A stretch of DNA of 60,636 nucleotides, filler included, from Sphacelaria rigidula (Eukaryota), in NCBI GenBank assembly GCA_964200075.2. It is 5 parts of 5 records of this genome, joined end to end, with 100 filler letters (N's around TTAATTAATTAA, not from the genome) between each part and the next. Parts side by side here need not be neighbours in the genome. Positions count along the whole stretch, not along the records: positions 12,149 to 24,196 come from CAXNAA020004196.1; positions 24,297 to 36,344 come from CAXNAA020004197.1; 3 more parts are not named here. One strand, written 5' to 3'. Position 1 is the first letter of the stretch. Each line of letters opens with the position of its first letter. Shown one piece after another: positions 12,675 to 24,735 of the stretch. Below the pieces are notes generated by a model that was not told the DNA's origin, did not search any database, and saw only the letters and a list, made by a program, of their open reading frames with translations. The position numbers and the translations under genes are program-made.

Positions 12675-15600
12675 CTGCACACCCTCCCCCAGCTTCCCCT
12701 CAAACGTGATATCCTCCTGCGCGATCCTGGCCACATTAGCCCGCACCGATTCCATCCTCGTATCCAACTCCTGCGCATTTCCGCCGCTCACCAACCTCGC
12801 TCCATCTCCCGCTGCAATAACCTTTATCTTGAAAGATAACCGGGTAACCCTTGAGCCCTCGATTATATCAGCCCCGCATTTAACAGATGTCTCGGCGCCT
12901 GCGGCCGCACGCGCTCCCGGCTTGCAGCCGACTTTGAATTCAGTCTCCGCTGCCGAACCGGTCCAGACAAAATCTCTGACGCTCGGGGGGTGAGAGGCTA
13001 GTCGAGCCCCGGTTGAGTCGTTATCTGTCGGCATGACTTCGAATATATCTCTTGGTAGATCCTGGGTTTGGGTCAGACATTCCGGGGGAGGGCGCCGGTT
13101 GATTTCGGGGGTGATGAGGGAACATAGTGCTAGTATTTGTTCAGAACCACGCAGCGCATGCTTGGCACCAGCTTGTTTGTGCACAAGCAAACAACGAAAC
13201 TGTTCGTGCACATCCCCTCCTTGGCATCCATCGAAAGGGGTAAAAACCGCACTTTTTTGGGATGCACGATGAAGACACCAAAGCAAATCTAACTAACGCA
13301 GTAGAAGTAGTCGTCCGGGAAACAAGCATCACACTCACCTTCTCACCACCCCCTGCGTGCCGTGTGTATTTCACCACATCAAACGGATACCCCCAAGCCC
13401 CCCCACCTTGAAGCCCTTCAGGACAGACTAACTTGTGGACGCACCAGCTTGACGGTTACACGCTTCCCTCGCATGATCGGCATCGAGCCGGGCACACCGG
13501 CCTCCTTGACTCCCTCCTTGAGAGCGTCCTGCAGCACGTCGTCCCGCTGCCGCAATAGGTACGCCAACACCTTCAGCGCGAAGGCCTGCCCTTCAGAAAC
13601 CGTCGGCGGCGAGAGACATGAAAACACGACAGGGTCAGTCCCGCTAACCCTCTCGCCTCCACTGCGGCGCCCCGCATGACTCCCAACGACCGCTTCAGAG
13701 GGCACCTGGCACCCATCATTTCGTGCAGGGTGAGACTGGTCTAGGGGGTAAAATGCAGGATTCGCTGGGGCAGCAATCGAGCGCTCAGCCAGTTGCGGAC
13801 CGCTGCCCTCTGGTCCTGCAATATTCCCGCGGCCGGGCGTCAGAGGTATCGGCCTAGACACCTCGCGATTTCGCCTGGACTCTGCGTCAGGCAACGAGTC
13901 CTGGAGCACTAGGCTGTTCAGTGCGTCTTCGGGCATGTTACTGTAGCCCATGTCCAGGTCCTCGAGAGAACCTCTCGCTCCCAACGCGGTTGCCGGTGCG
14001 TATCCCGAGAGCTCCACACTCTCTTCCTCAGCCTCTTCGTCGCCGTAGTCTTCTCCCGACAGGGCACCCTCTGCTACCGGCTTCGCTGCAGACACCACCT
14101 CCGTCACACGCCGTGGATGTAACAAATTTACTGCGCTTGATGCGCTTGGCACCCGCCTGCTTGTCAGCTGCGGAGCAGAGTCAGGAATGGTGGCCCCCTG
14201 CTGGGTAGCCGTCGTCACAACGACTCGGGCAGATGGCTGCTGACGAATCCTGCTGCGTGGTGGCACAGGAGACGATGCTCGCTCCTCCTGCGGCAGTGCC
14301 GCCCCGCGACTTCCTTCTGTTGCGTACCCGCTCCGCATTTTAGCTGCGGAATCCGATCGCTTGCGAGATCTTCCGGACAGTGCAAGTACAACCGGTTCTA
14401 TTGGTTTCGGAGAAGCCGGGGCAGCCGTTGGTGGGGAAACCGTCGATGCCGTCGCCGTCGGAGATGGGATGACTGAGCCTGGATATGTCGGTACGAAATG
14501 AGGCGCCGCAGCAGCGTCGTCAGAAGGCGCGACTACGGTATCCATAGGCGCGCCAGCACGTGCGTCTCGCTCCTTCAGGAGGTATCCTTGTCTTCGTTTC
14601 ACCTTCTTTTTGCCCTTCTTCAGTCCGAAACCTAAACGCACTGGGTGACGGTGCCGTGATGGTAATAATTCTACTTCATCAGCAGCGGTGGGGTCAATTC
14701 CCGCAGCGGCCCCGTGTGTAGCTGAGGGAGGTGTGAACAGGTGAACCCGCGTCGAAGCACTCGGCTCTTCGACGGCGTGAGCGGCCGACGCCGTTTGCGG
14801 GCGAGCACTCGCCGTCCGAGCACTCGCAGCCCTTGCCATGCGCTCGTTAGCGCCGCCCGCAAATACCGACCGACGGACCCGACTGCTGGTTACCGAATCC
14901 ATCGCGGGCATTGCTGGCCAATCCGGGCGTTGTCCCAACTCCTGGTGGGTTGCTTGAGATGAAACTTGGGGATACATCGTTATTGCCGGTGCGCTAGCTC
15001 GACGGGGAGCCGCCGATGCGGAAGAAGCCCCTAAGCTAGTTTCCACCGCCGAGAACCGCCTACCGTGAAGAGGGGGTCTCGTCTGACCCAACGAACGGTT
15101 GTCTGATGATCTACTCCTCAGCATACTCCGAACCACACCGAACAACGTCGATGCGGGGCGAGCGGGAGGAGGGGGGGGCGGACTAGAAACTGTCAGCGCA
15201 GTGGGGCTTCTTCCCCAGGAGGAATCAGCACCCCAGGTTCGGGCGTCCTTGAAGTCCTCCTCAATCTCCTCTTGCGCCATCGTGTACGAAGAGGACGCAG
15301 ACGACCCCGTCCCTCTCGATTCCGCCCTGCCCATTTGCGGGGAAGGCAAGGTTTCTTCGAGCGGGCGGCTTTCGTCTAGAAACCGAGACCTATCAAAAGA
15401 CCCGACTGGCGGGGGGTATTGCTCCTCGTGCTCCGCGAGACGTTCGTCCAGTCGATTGCTCCGGGTGAACACGCCAACAGGTGGGGGGAATCGAGGCGAA
15501 CCCGGGTGGCCTTCATGCCTAGCTCGGTTGAACGCACCTACTGTCGGGGGAAATTGGGCATCGTGAACATACCCCCCGTCTAACCCAGGTGACGGTGTCT

Positions 15601-16342
15601 CACCCTCTAGGCTCCACAGGGGGTGTTGCTCCCGTGCTCCAACTCGCTGTTCTCTTGCCCCCGCAGTGGTTTCACCCCATGTAAACGTCGTCTGCGCGGG
15701 TAGCGCATCAGACTGCCCTCGCATACCGTGTACTGCCCTCAGCCCCAGCATCGCAATATCTATAATCCCTCTGTTCGCTCGTTGGCCTGGTCCCTCAGAA
15801 TGGGAGCGCCCCATTTGCTGCCATGGCCCACTCCGTTGCGACCACTGCTCTGCACCACCGTCGCCTGTCGGAGCGGGTTCAGCTATCCAACTATCAAGTG
15901 GCCAGGTCGGCGTGCTGTGGAAAATGTGCTGGTCTGAACCAGCATCATGATTCGGGGTAGTTGGAGCGGGCCGTGTCGGCGCCCGAGCCTTGTCAGCGTC
16001 TCCGTCGACGAACACTTCTACGTCGGCTGCAAAGCTTACTCCGGCTGGCCCAGGTGAAGACTGAAGCCACACCGATGGTACTGCGCTTGCTGCGGGCCCC
16101 GCGAAACGACCGCCGGGTACCATACTCCATTTACCGCCGGGAGACTTGAGTTGCTGCATGACTACGGCAATGAGGGGTAGGTCGGCGTCTGGCACGTGCA
16201 TTTCCAAGGGGGTAATCCATTCTGCTGATCCGTCCGAGTTGCTGCGACGAGCGGAGGTTTCCGCCGCCCCTGTTCCACACCGGAACTTGACCTTGAAGAA
16301 ACCTGTGGATTGTGCGACTTGGGGAAGGTTTTCCAAGAAAAC
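12675..16342 (-). CDS. Large protein: low-complexity region + beta-rich domain + start of a probable protein kinase; partial (exons 16342-13445, 13061-12675; possible upstream exon 16594-16501)
   Basis: A 2898-nt and a 387-nt exon with phase-0 GT-AG junctions. The last exon ends RIAQEDITFEGKLGEGVQ, resembling kinase subdomain I (LGxGxxG); the catalytic exons would lie beyond the contig end. Confidence 0.75.
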
Positions 16343-18841
16343 CTACAAGTGTCAGTTCAGCCGGGAATGGGATTTGGGGGGTGGAGTGGGAGCAGAGTAG
16401 ATGGGTCGGAGATGGAGGGCATGATCATGAACGGTTCAAGCTTCGAGACGCTCAGCACAGAATTCGCCATGCTGAGCATGTATGGTTCCCCAATATGCAC
16501 CTTCACTTGGCGGTCTTTAACCCCTTGACCACCCGACTCAAGGTGAAAGCCGATTGAACAGGCTTCCAAGGGGGGCGAAACAGTTGGACGACGACTACAT
16601 GAAGGTCATCGCCACGAATATACCACGTGCTACAATTCTTTATCCACTAGCCACAACAGCAGTCAGAACGAGGAGAAAAGACAGTGATAGCCCCGGCCGA
16701 ACATGTAGTCATGGACGTACGAAAATTACAGTGTACACCCGCCTTCCTCTGTACCACATGAAAAAATGATGCCGCATGCCTACTGATGAAATCTCCAATA
16801 AACCTGTTAGTCTTGTGCAACTCGTGTGTACCGCCCACGTCCATTTCGAGAGCCCACCTATGCTCGTGAAGGTCATGCTTCAAAAGCTCACTAGCTACCG
16901 TACCGTAGCAGCCAACAAAAAGGAGCTTGGAGGCCGAAGGGTCATGATCGGCAAACTAGAATATCCAGTTAGTGGCTGTGCTACACAATATTGCAAGTAT
17001 CCTTTTGTCTGTCAGCCACGCTCGGTTGTTGGTAGGTCTTCACCTTGGACACCACGATCAGAGCCGGCCGAGGCATGATGAACCAACCCACGCACCCAGA
17101 ATCTCCCAGGCTCCAAGCAGGCTCCTATATAATACCCACCCAGAAACGACGTGACAATTTCACCACGGTCTTATCCTTCGGGTTGCAAGCCCACTGTGCC
17201 GCACACCGTCTCAGCATGCACAGCTCTACACAGAAGGTACAGCATGGAAGCAAAGGGTGGCGGACGAATTATGAGGCAAACAACGAAAAAGGGGTGCGAA
17301 GTAGCTCGATACTCGAGGCACAGCATCCCACATACAGCAGCGATATGCCCTAGTATATGAACCCTTTCGAGAGCCCGAAGTTTGAGCCGGGCCAATAACA
17401 CGGCCGATGATAACAGTGCAGCATGTATGGCAACAAGAGCGAATTGCTGGGCTTGTCATCACTGAGAACCCCCGGAAGTATGGTATGCTCTGGCTCAACT
17501 ACAGTGCATTCGGCATGGCTCTAGCTTTTTTCCGCGCAAGTGAGGAAGGCAAGATCAGTCGATGAGACCTTTGAACACCAACTGGTGCTCCAGAACGGCA
17601 TTTTTACGTTCCATGGATACCTACAGATCTGTTTGTGCTGAGTCTTGCTGTGCTGTAACTGTTCTACAGTCTCGCGATGCCAAAGTTTAACACAACATAG
17701 CTCACCTCGCTCTCAATGACTCTGCCAAGTGAAACCGATATTCGTCTTACTCTGATCTAGTAGAGCACAGCATAAAAGGAAATTCCCGCGCTAGTGAAGC
17801 TGTTGTGTGTCGTGCCATTATTCGTACACCGCGACGCCAACTGCTGTCGTGTGAAGGTTTCGTGAACGTGGTAACGTCCCGAAGACAGACAGGATCACTA
17901 CAGTACAGTTGTACTCGTAGCAGTGTATGAAAAAGGAAATAGCGACTTGACGGACGGACCACGGCAAACTCGCGAGACACGAGTAAGTTTGTTGGGAGAT
18001 ACACAACGCTTATGCATTAGGCCTCAGACCCAACGTGCACATACCTTGCTACCGTGGCGAGAGATTGCTGCTATGCAAGTACGCAAGGAGAGCTAGGTTG
18101 CTTGGTTGTACTGGCTGCATCAACCAGTGACCGTTTTCACCAGGCGCCAGAACCGGTCCAGCAGCACAACAAGGAACCTCACGGACAAATGTGAAGCAAC
18201 CCCTAACCCCGTATTTGACTACCGGGGCGTTTCCTGAAATTAATTTCGCTTGTAAATTTCCCTTCGGGGTAATGATGAAACCTCCTGTCTGACTTACTTA
18301 TAAGCCTACAAGTAGTGCACAGTTGTAGCAGTACGGGATCTAGTGTGTAAGCGAGCTTCTTCTTCCTTACTGCCCTGCTTGACCGTTCTTGAGTTTTGTA
18401 GTTGGTGACTGTTTTTCTAGGTGGTGACTGTTTTCCCTGAACCCCAGGACAAGGACCATTTCCATTGTTGTCTAACTATGTTGTGAACTGGTACTCGGAA
18501 GGTAGAATACGATAAGGCAAGAGACACACCATGAGATCGCGAGCAAAAACTATCCTGTTCAAGTGGAACCTAAGCCCTCTGGATTGTCCATGTCGAAGAG
18601 GGTAGATTCTGTTGTGGCCTACGAAGATATGATGGATTGAAAATAATCTCGAATAGCACAAACATAACAGCGATGGACACCTCACAAACAGGCATAACGC
18701 AAGGCTCAGTCAGGGCTGCATAATGCTTGGATAATGATCAGCAACACTTGGATTTTGGTTGGGCCGATTACGCCGCGTTTCTGCTCCAACGCTCGAACGC
18801 ATCCACGCATTGACCTTATCATCACCATCTGCTCCCCGTGC

Positions 18842-21800
18842 ATGCTTTCACTGTCGCTTTTCGAGAACCGCCATGCGCTACGAGGGTTTTCGGTAGCACT
18901 GGCGCTGGCCCATACAATTTCATTGGTCACAAGTGGCGGTTGGCAATGCCGCTCACGGCGTTTAACAACAGGTCACCCAATTTGGTCAGCTCGAGCAGGC
19001 TTCCCTGCCCTTGGGCCAGGCAAGAGAGGCTCGAGAGGAGGATGCTCGGCGTACTGCTCGCCTCGGACAAGAGTGTCGCCAATATCCAACGGTTATATCT
19101 CCACAAGGCGAAGCAGTACGGTGGTAATCGATGCATGTGATCACCGCCAGGTGAGCCGGCTCGCTCGTGGTTTGAATTGATGTTGAACTCACCACAGTAC
19201 GCGATAACGGTTGTTTGCCGTGTGACATGAAACAGAGGTGCCGCACTTCTTCCCCTCGGTGCAGTATGGAGCAACAAGAGACAACCTCGCTGTAGGCGTG
19301 CTACAGTCAGTATACGATACAGGTGCAAGAGGACGTACAGATCAGTGCACGTAGTGCAGTCCCGCAGAGCGTGTCAATCAACTTACGGCTAGGTTTACCT
19401 GCTGTTCGTTCTGTCCGTTGGGTATGCGGTCGTAGGCGAGCGTACTTCAGTATCAACGCCTAGTCCAATCAGTTGCGCAAGATGATCAATTTAAATTTAA
19501 TATCGTACAATTAAGGTACGGTTCGATTTTCCAAGTGTCATGGGGAGCCCTTGACCCTTTGACCGCGAGGGTAGGTCACCTGCTGAATCGGGATCAACTT
19601 TCACGAGAAGAATGCATGTATGATCCAGATGGACTACCCGCACCGCGGTCTAAGGGTTAAAAAGGGGTGAAATATCGCAGGTCTGTGTGGAGCATGTGAC
19701 ACCCACCGTCTTTACATTGACTACACCAAAAGATAGCCCTAGCCCAATTATATTCAATTACATTACGAACAGTACAGTTATCATGGAGGCCTCGACTTCA
19801 AATCCCACCTGAATCACCGCGATGGTGAAAGAAATCCGCAAAACTCTGCGGGGAATAAATACTGCACGAAGTCAAAATGTGGGGAGTATCCGTTCTGGTC
19901 ACCTTATCATGTCAAAAATGTTTGAAAATTCTTGCAATTTTTCCTCGCCGCTATATAGCCGGCGAAAAAGTCGACCCCAGGAATCTCTTTGTGGTTGAAA
20001 TACCCGAATTGTCCGTAGAAGACATGGCATCATTTTCACCATAATCGCGAAATCTGAACATGTGGAAGAAATGTCACGACCAGAACAAATATTCTCGGAG
20101 AGATCAGCTTGGGATGCTGACGACCTACAAGTTGACTTTTTGTGGTACTCAATGATTGCGATGAAGATCGTACTCGATGTGCAGAAAAACGGAGACTTAC
20201 GGATAGTTTACTCTTCGTTGGACAGGAGGACAACAAACCGCGCGAGCCGCAGCAGTCGACATTGACACAGCCATTGTTTGGGCAGGCCAGGAGAGCAGGC
20301 TTCTCTACCGAGCAAGGAGAATATCGCTTACACCAAGACCTATATGAGGGCAAAAAGACGCGTTTCGTGTCTCGAGTCATGTACGACGGAACCAACTACA
20401 GTGGATTTCAGCTGCAGAGCAACGGGCAACCGACGGTTCAGGTAGGATAAGAGCTATCGGGCAGGGACTGTTTGCCTTGAAATGAAGGCTCGTCCCAAGG
20501 CCTGTTATGTCAAGCAAAGGTGTACGTCCTTGAATGGCGAGCAAAACTCGCCTTTCAGTGACTCCCCCAATCCCGAGAGGGGAAACAAAGGTATCTTCTG
20601 ACCTCCGCTCACGTGCTTATTTTCACCAGTATTACGAGACCTAAGATTAGTTCGTCTCCTCCCTGTCACCCCGTTAACCGGGTGTAGTTGATGTTGAGTT
20701 GCCAAATAACTCTTCCGGATCAAAGTCTGCGCTTGACTGTTGATTCCGAGGGTTAGGTTCCTACGGCTGCGTCGGCTGCAACATTACGTGCCCTGTTATT
20801 TTCTTCATGCTGAATAAGGTGTCATGTGCAGAAGTTTTTTTGTCATGTAGAAAGCTCAGCACTTCACGAGGCTTTCTGCGTGCCGCAATACGAAACTGTC
20901 GAATATTCTTTTCCATGGTACCTCTCTAGTTTTATAACGAAGACCCGACTATCGGACGCAACACTCGCCCCGACTTTCCTTCTGCCAGGGAGTACTAGAG
21001 ACAACCCTTTCACGGCGATTTCAACAGCACGTACCTGTTATGGGGGCTGGAAGGACGGACAGTGGCGTTCATGCCACGGGTCAAGCAATACACTTCGATT
21101 TACCCAACGCTGACACTGATCTCGGAGAACTTCAATATGTAATGAACCAAATGATGCCGGAGGTAAGCAATCCAGGGCGGCAGAAATTACTACTACCGTA
21201 GGAACATGCAATGCGATAGACTACAATGTACACATCTGATGAAATCAGACCTACCGCCTTACTTGAAAAGTGTAACGTATTTAGTTTTAGAACGCGTCCG
21301 TACATGATGCACCTGGCATGATATACATGAGTCATACCACGTTTACTCGAAGGCGAAGATGACCAATATGTTCCGAGTTCCAACATGTCGATCAAATGCT
21401 CTACTAAGGACTCCGAATCGCCATCCATCTACTCCGCACTTGTGCCCATTTCGCTGCGCAATACTCCGCCTCCAGGATGTTCGCGTATGGAACATGTCAC
21501 TAGCACCGCCGTGCACCCCGGAACAGGCAGAGCAGCATCTGCCATGGCATGTGATGTTGAATGCAAAGGCTAAAATCTACAGCTACCGGCTTTGCGTCGA
21601 GGACGTGCAGAACCCGTTGGACCGCATGTATCGAGTGCACGCCAACCGGGCCGCTCGCGCCCGCGTAAACGCCGACCTAATCCACGATGTAATGCCCCTA
21701 TTTGTGGGAAAGCACAACTTCGCAGGATTTGCAAATGACGCTGATAAATTCGCGGCGCAAAAGATGGCAGCTGGGCTTGGGGAATTCAACACCTGGCGAG

Positions 21801-22048
21801 AGGTTTACTCGGCTGATGTTATCGACGAAGGCGGCGGTAACTTGAGATTAGTGTTTCATTTGAACGGGGCGTTGTATCGAATGGTGAGGAATATGGTGGG
21901 GACTGTCCTCGCCGTTGCTTCCGGTAGGGTGGGAAATGAGGTTGTTCATGACATATTCAGGACTGGCGTGAGGGACACGAGGAACATCTACTGTGCGCCA
22001 CCGCATGGATTGACGTTGGACAGCGTAGTTTACGACGGCTACGGGTGA
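18842..22048 (+). CDS. truA: tRNA pseudouridine synthase, TruA family, probably organelle-targeted (exons 18842-19150, 20226-20441, 20989-21162, 21476-22048)
   Basis: Motifs YDGTNYSGFQ, PTVQG, GAGRTDSGVHA (catalytic Asp), FVGKHNF, LYRMVRNMVG, APPHGLTL. All junctions phase 0. Exon 1 is less certain. Confidence 0.92.
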
Positions 22049-22809
22049 CGGACTGACGATTAATCAAACGCTCATGGTTGGTTTCATGTGTGCCGTTTGC
22101 TGGGTCTGCTGTTATTGTAAATATATGTATAATAGCTCTTCTCTGCATGTGCCGCGTGTGGCACAATCAAAGTTCGCATCAAGCGTCGGTGGGCAAGCCC
22201 TCTTGTGGCAGACACCGTCGCAACCATTCAAAATTTGCCAACGTCAATTGGTGTTGACACCCGCCGCCCCCGCCGTGCCTCAAAATTATGCCAGATAAGC
22301 TTCATGCCTGTCAAATGTGGGTACCAAGGTTGCGGCCGCGAATGTTGAACTGACACAGATTGCCACAAATAGGTGGCGATGGCGAGAAGTATGGCAAATC
22401 TGAACAGCGTCAGCATTTGATTCTCAAAGCGGAGTGCTGTGGACGAAGGTATCGACATGTATTACCCACCGGATTCGAAACAGAGTCCGATCTGGGGTTC
22501 GTCCAGACGTTCCTCACATTCCCAGGCAATCACAGGAATGGCGTGGTCGTTTGTTCACTAGTATTCCAAAGATGCAGTGGACATAAAAAAACATGCTAAC
22601 GAGATGGAGTAGAAGGAAGGACAAACGCGTATACAAAATATCAGTCGCGTTGCAACCATGACGTGTATTCGCTGCCGTAACGAACCATTCCAAAACAGAT
22701 AACGTTTTCTACAGATCCTATCATCACATGGCCATTATAACCCCTAGCGGCAATGTGCATCGGAAATAAAAGCCCTCCTACTACAGGCACTCAAACACGG
22801 TGCCCATCA

Positions 22810-23613
22810 TCAAGGCACATCCTGTTTTCCTTCCGTCTCTGTTGTGTGCACATACTCCGCGCGCACAGCATCAAGCCAAGAATTCGAGCTGGCGGCGAAA
22901 AATCCGAATGCCAGTCGAATGAACCAGGGCAAACGCTGAAAATTTCTTGGAGAGTTGTATAAACTTTCGGGCACATCGAAGGCGCCCAAGTCCTCATCAA
23001 CCTGTCTTCTCTCATCCGCCATCTGGCAGAAACAGTCTGATTCACCGTCCCAGTCAATTAAGCCCGCCGAATGCACCCCGTACCCTTCCTCCCTATCTTC
23101 TCGCTTGAGCTTCGCTTTCGCTGCGTGGAACAGAACCGCATCCGCGATGTACCCGTCCACTCTGACCCACTTTTCGCTGCCGCCATCTTCCTCGTGATTC
23201 GTGGCTAAGCTGGCAACAGGCTGCGGTTGCTGCCCGTTGGTGTTTTTATCCATCGGCAGCTGAAGCTCTACATAACTGTGGAGAAGGCGGGGTGGGGGCA
23301 CCGATAACACCCCCCGCAACACTCCATTGCTGAGGCTGACAAAGCGCTGTCTAGCTGGGATGCCTTGGGCCTGAAGTAGGGAGGCGAACAGCGCGCCTTG
23401 AGGGTTACAGTGACCGACACCCAACCTAAGCGTTTCGTCCGGGGAAGCGTTGTCGAATCGACGAGTAAAGCCGAATTTGATCCCATCTCTCACGAATAAG
23501 AATATAGCCCGCGCTTTAGCTTGTGGAGTGCACGCGCCCGCCAGAGAAACGATCTGCTGAGCCTTTTCGGTGATGACTGGAGAGGGTTTGCTCAGATGAA
23601 ACGCCACTGTCAT
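22810..23613 (-). CDS. Intronless transglutaminase-like (papain-fold) protein, 267 aa
   Basis: ARAIFLFVRD, GVGHCNPQGALFASLLQAQGIPAR (Cys), HSYVEL (His) and WVRVD (Asp) give a complete catalytic triad. Confidence 0.88.
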   Translation of the reverse strand: MTVAFHLSKPSPVITEKAQQIVSLAGACTPQAKARAIFLFVRDGIKFGFTRRFDNASPDETLRLGVGHCNPQGALFASLLQAQGIPARQRFVSLSNGVLRGVLSVPPPRLLHSYVELQLPMDKNTNGQQPQPVASLATNHEEDGGSEKWVRVDGYIADAVLFHAAKAKLKREDREEGYGVHSAGLIDWDGESDCFCQMADERRQVDEDLGAFDVPESLYNSPRNFQRLPWFIRLAFGFFAASSNSWLDAVRAEYVHTTETEGKQDVP

Positions 23614-23710
23614 TCCTTCTTCCTGCGACCAGGAACGAAATAGTTGCGTTTAATTCGAAGTTGAGCACGATAACTAGGCACTTTCAAAAGCGACCCCTTG
23701 ATGAACGGCT

Positions 23711-23739
23711 TGTGTGTGTGTGTGTGTGTGTGTGTGTGT
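23711..23739. repeat. (TG)n microsatellite
   Basis: Perfect TG run about 100 bp upstream of the transglutaminase-like start codon. Confidence 0.9.
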
Positions 23740-24196
23740 CGCAACACTGTTGTGCCACAAGCTCCGGTCTGTGTGAAAATAATATATTTCGGGACACGTA
23801 GGCCCCGAGATCGAAAATTCGAGTTTTTAAGGGAGGGGAGGGGGGTTAGGGGGGGAGGTGTGTACGCATGATCATGCATGCCGTAGTGATAAGACCATTG
23901 GCCTCGCAGGGTAGGGGGGGGGGGACACACACGCAGCCTGCTGTCCCCTTCTTTATTACCGAGGCGTTGGCGGATGCGGTCAGCTGCCGATTACAGAGAT
24001 GCTTGGCATGGTGACCGCTGAGTTGACGGACACGGCCTCTCCAAGCTCATCACCTACCATGATTATATTTATGGGATCGTGTCGTGTGCCTCGACTACAT
24101 ACCTCTAGTAGTCCGGGAAAATTTGGCGAGGCTTGAGATAATGTTGCTACTTTGGCTACAGGCTGTCGCTACCGTGCGCTCGTGTATTGTACATAG

Positions 24197-24296
24197 NNNN
24201 NNNNNNNNNNNNNNNNNNNNNNNNNNNNNNNNNNNNNNNNTTAATTAATTAANNNNNNNNNNNNNNNNNNNNNNNNNNNNNNNNNNNNNNNNNNNN
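24197..24296. other. Artificial contig linker
   Basis: N-TTAATTAATTAA-N, 100 bp. Confidence 0.99.
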
Positions 24297-24735
24297 AAGA
24301 CCATTGACCTCGCATCCCTATGAAGCCGGGACGGAGCACGCCGGGTTTTCGCCGGACCAGCCTCGGGGTGTGAGGGGGGTTCTGTTGGTCGTGTCTCTTG
24401 TTATCATTCGCTCCCTTTTTCCTTTTCTTTTCTCGGTATATTTCATCACTTTTTTTGATGCGTTGCTATTTCGTCGATTTTTTCCAAGGTTCTGTGTTGT
24501 TTAGTGAGTTGAAAAAAACAAATGGAAAAAAATGAACAAAAGAAGCAAAGATTCCACTATCAATGAGTTCGTGCATTCATTTCAGTCCTGTGTGAAGACA
24601 ACAACAACAACAACACCATCCAATTTCCACGTTACTGGCAAACGTTTTGTTCAAATATGTCATATCCGGGCTTATCCTAATCTGGCTTCATACTATTTGT
24701 ACATAGCACCATCTGTTCCCAACATTGCTCCTCAC

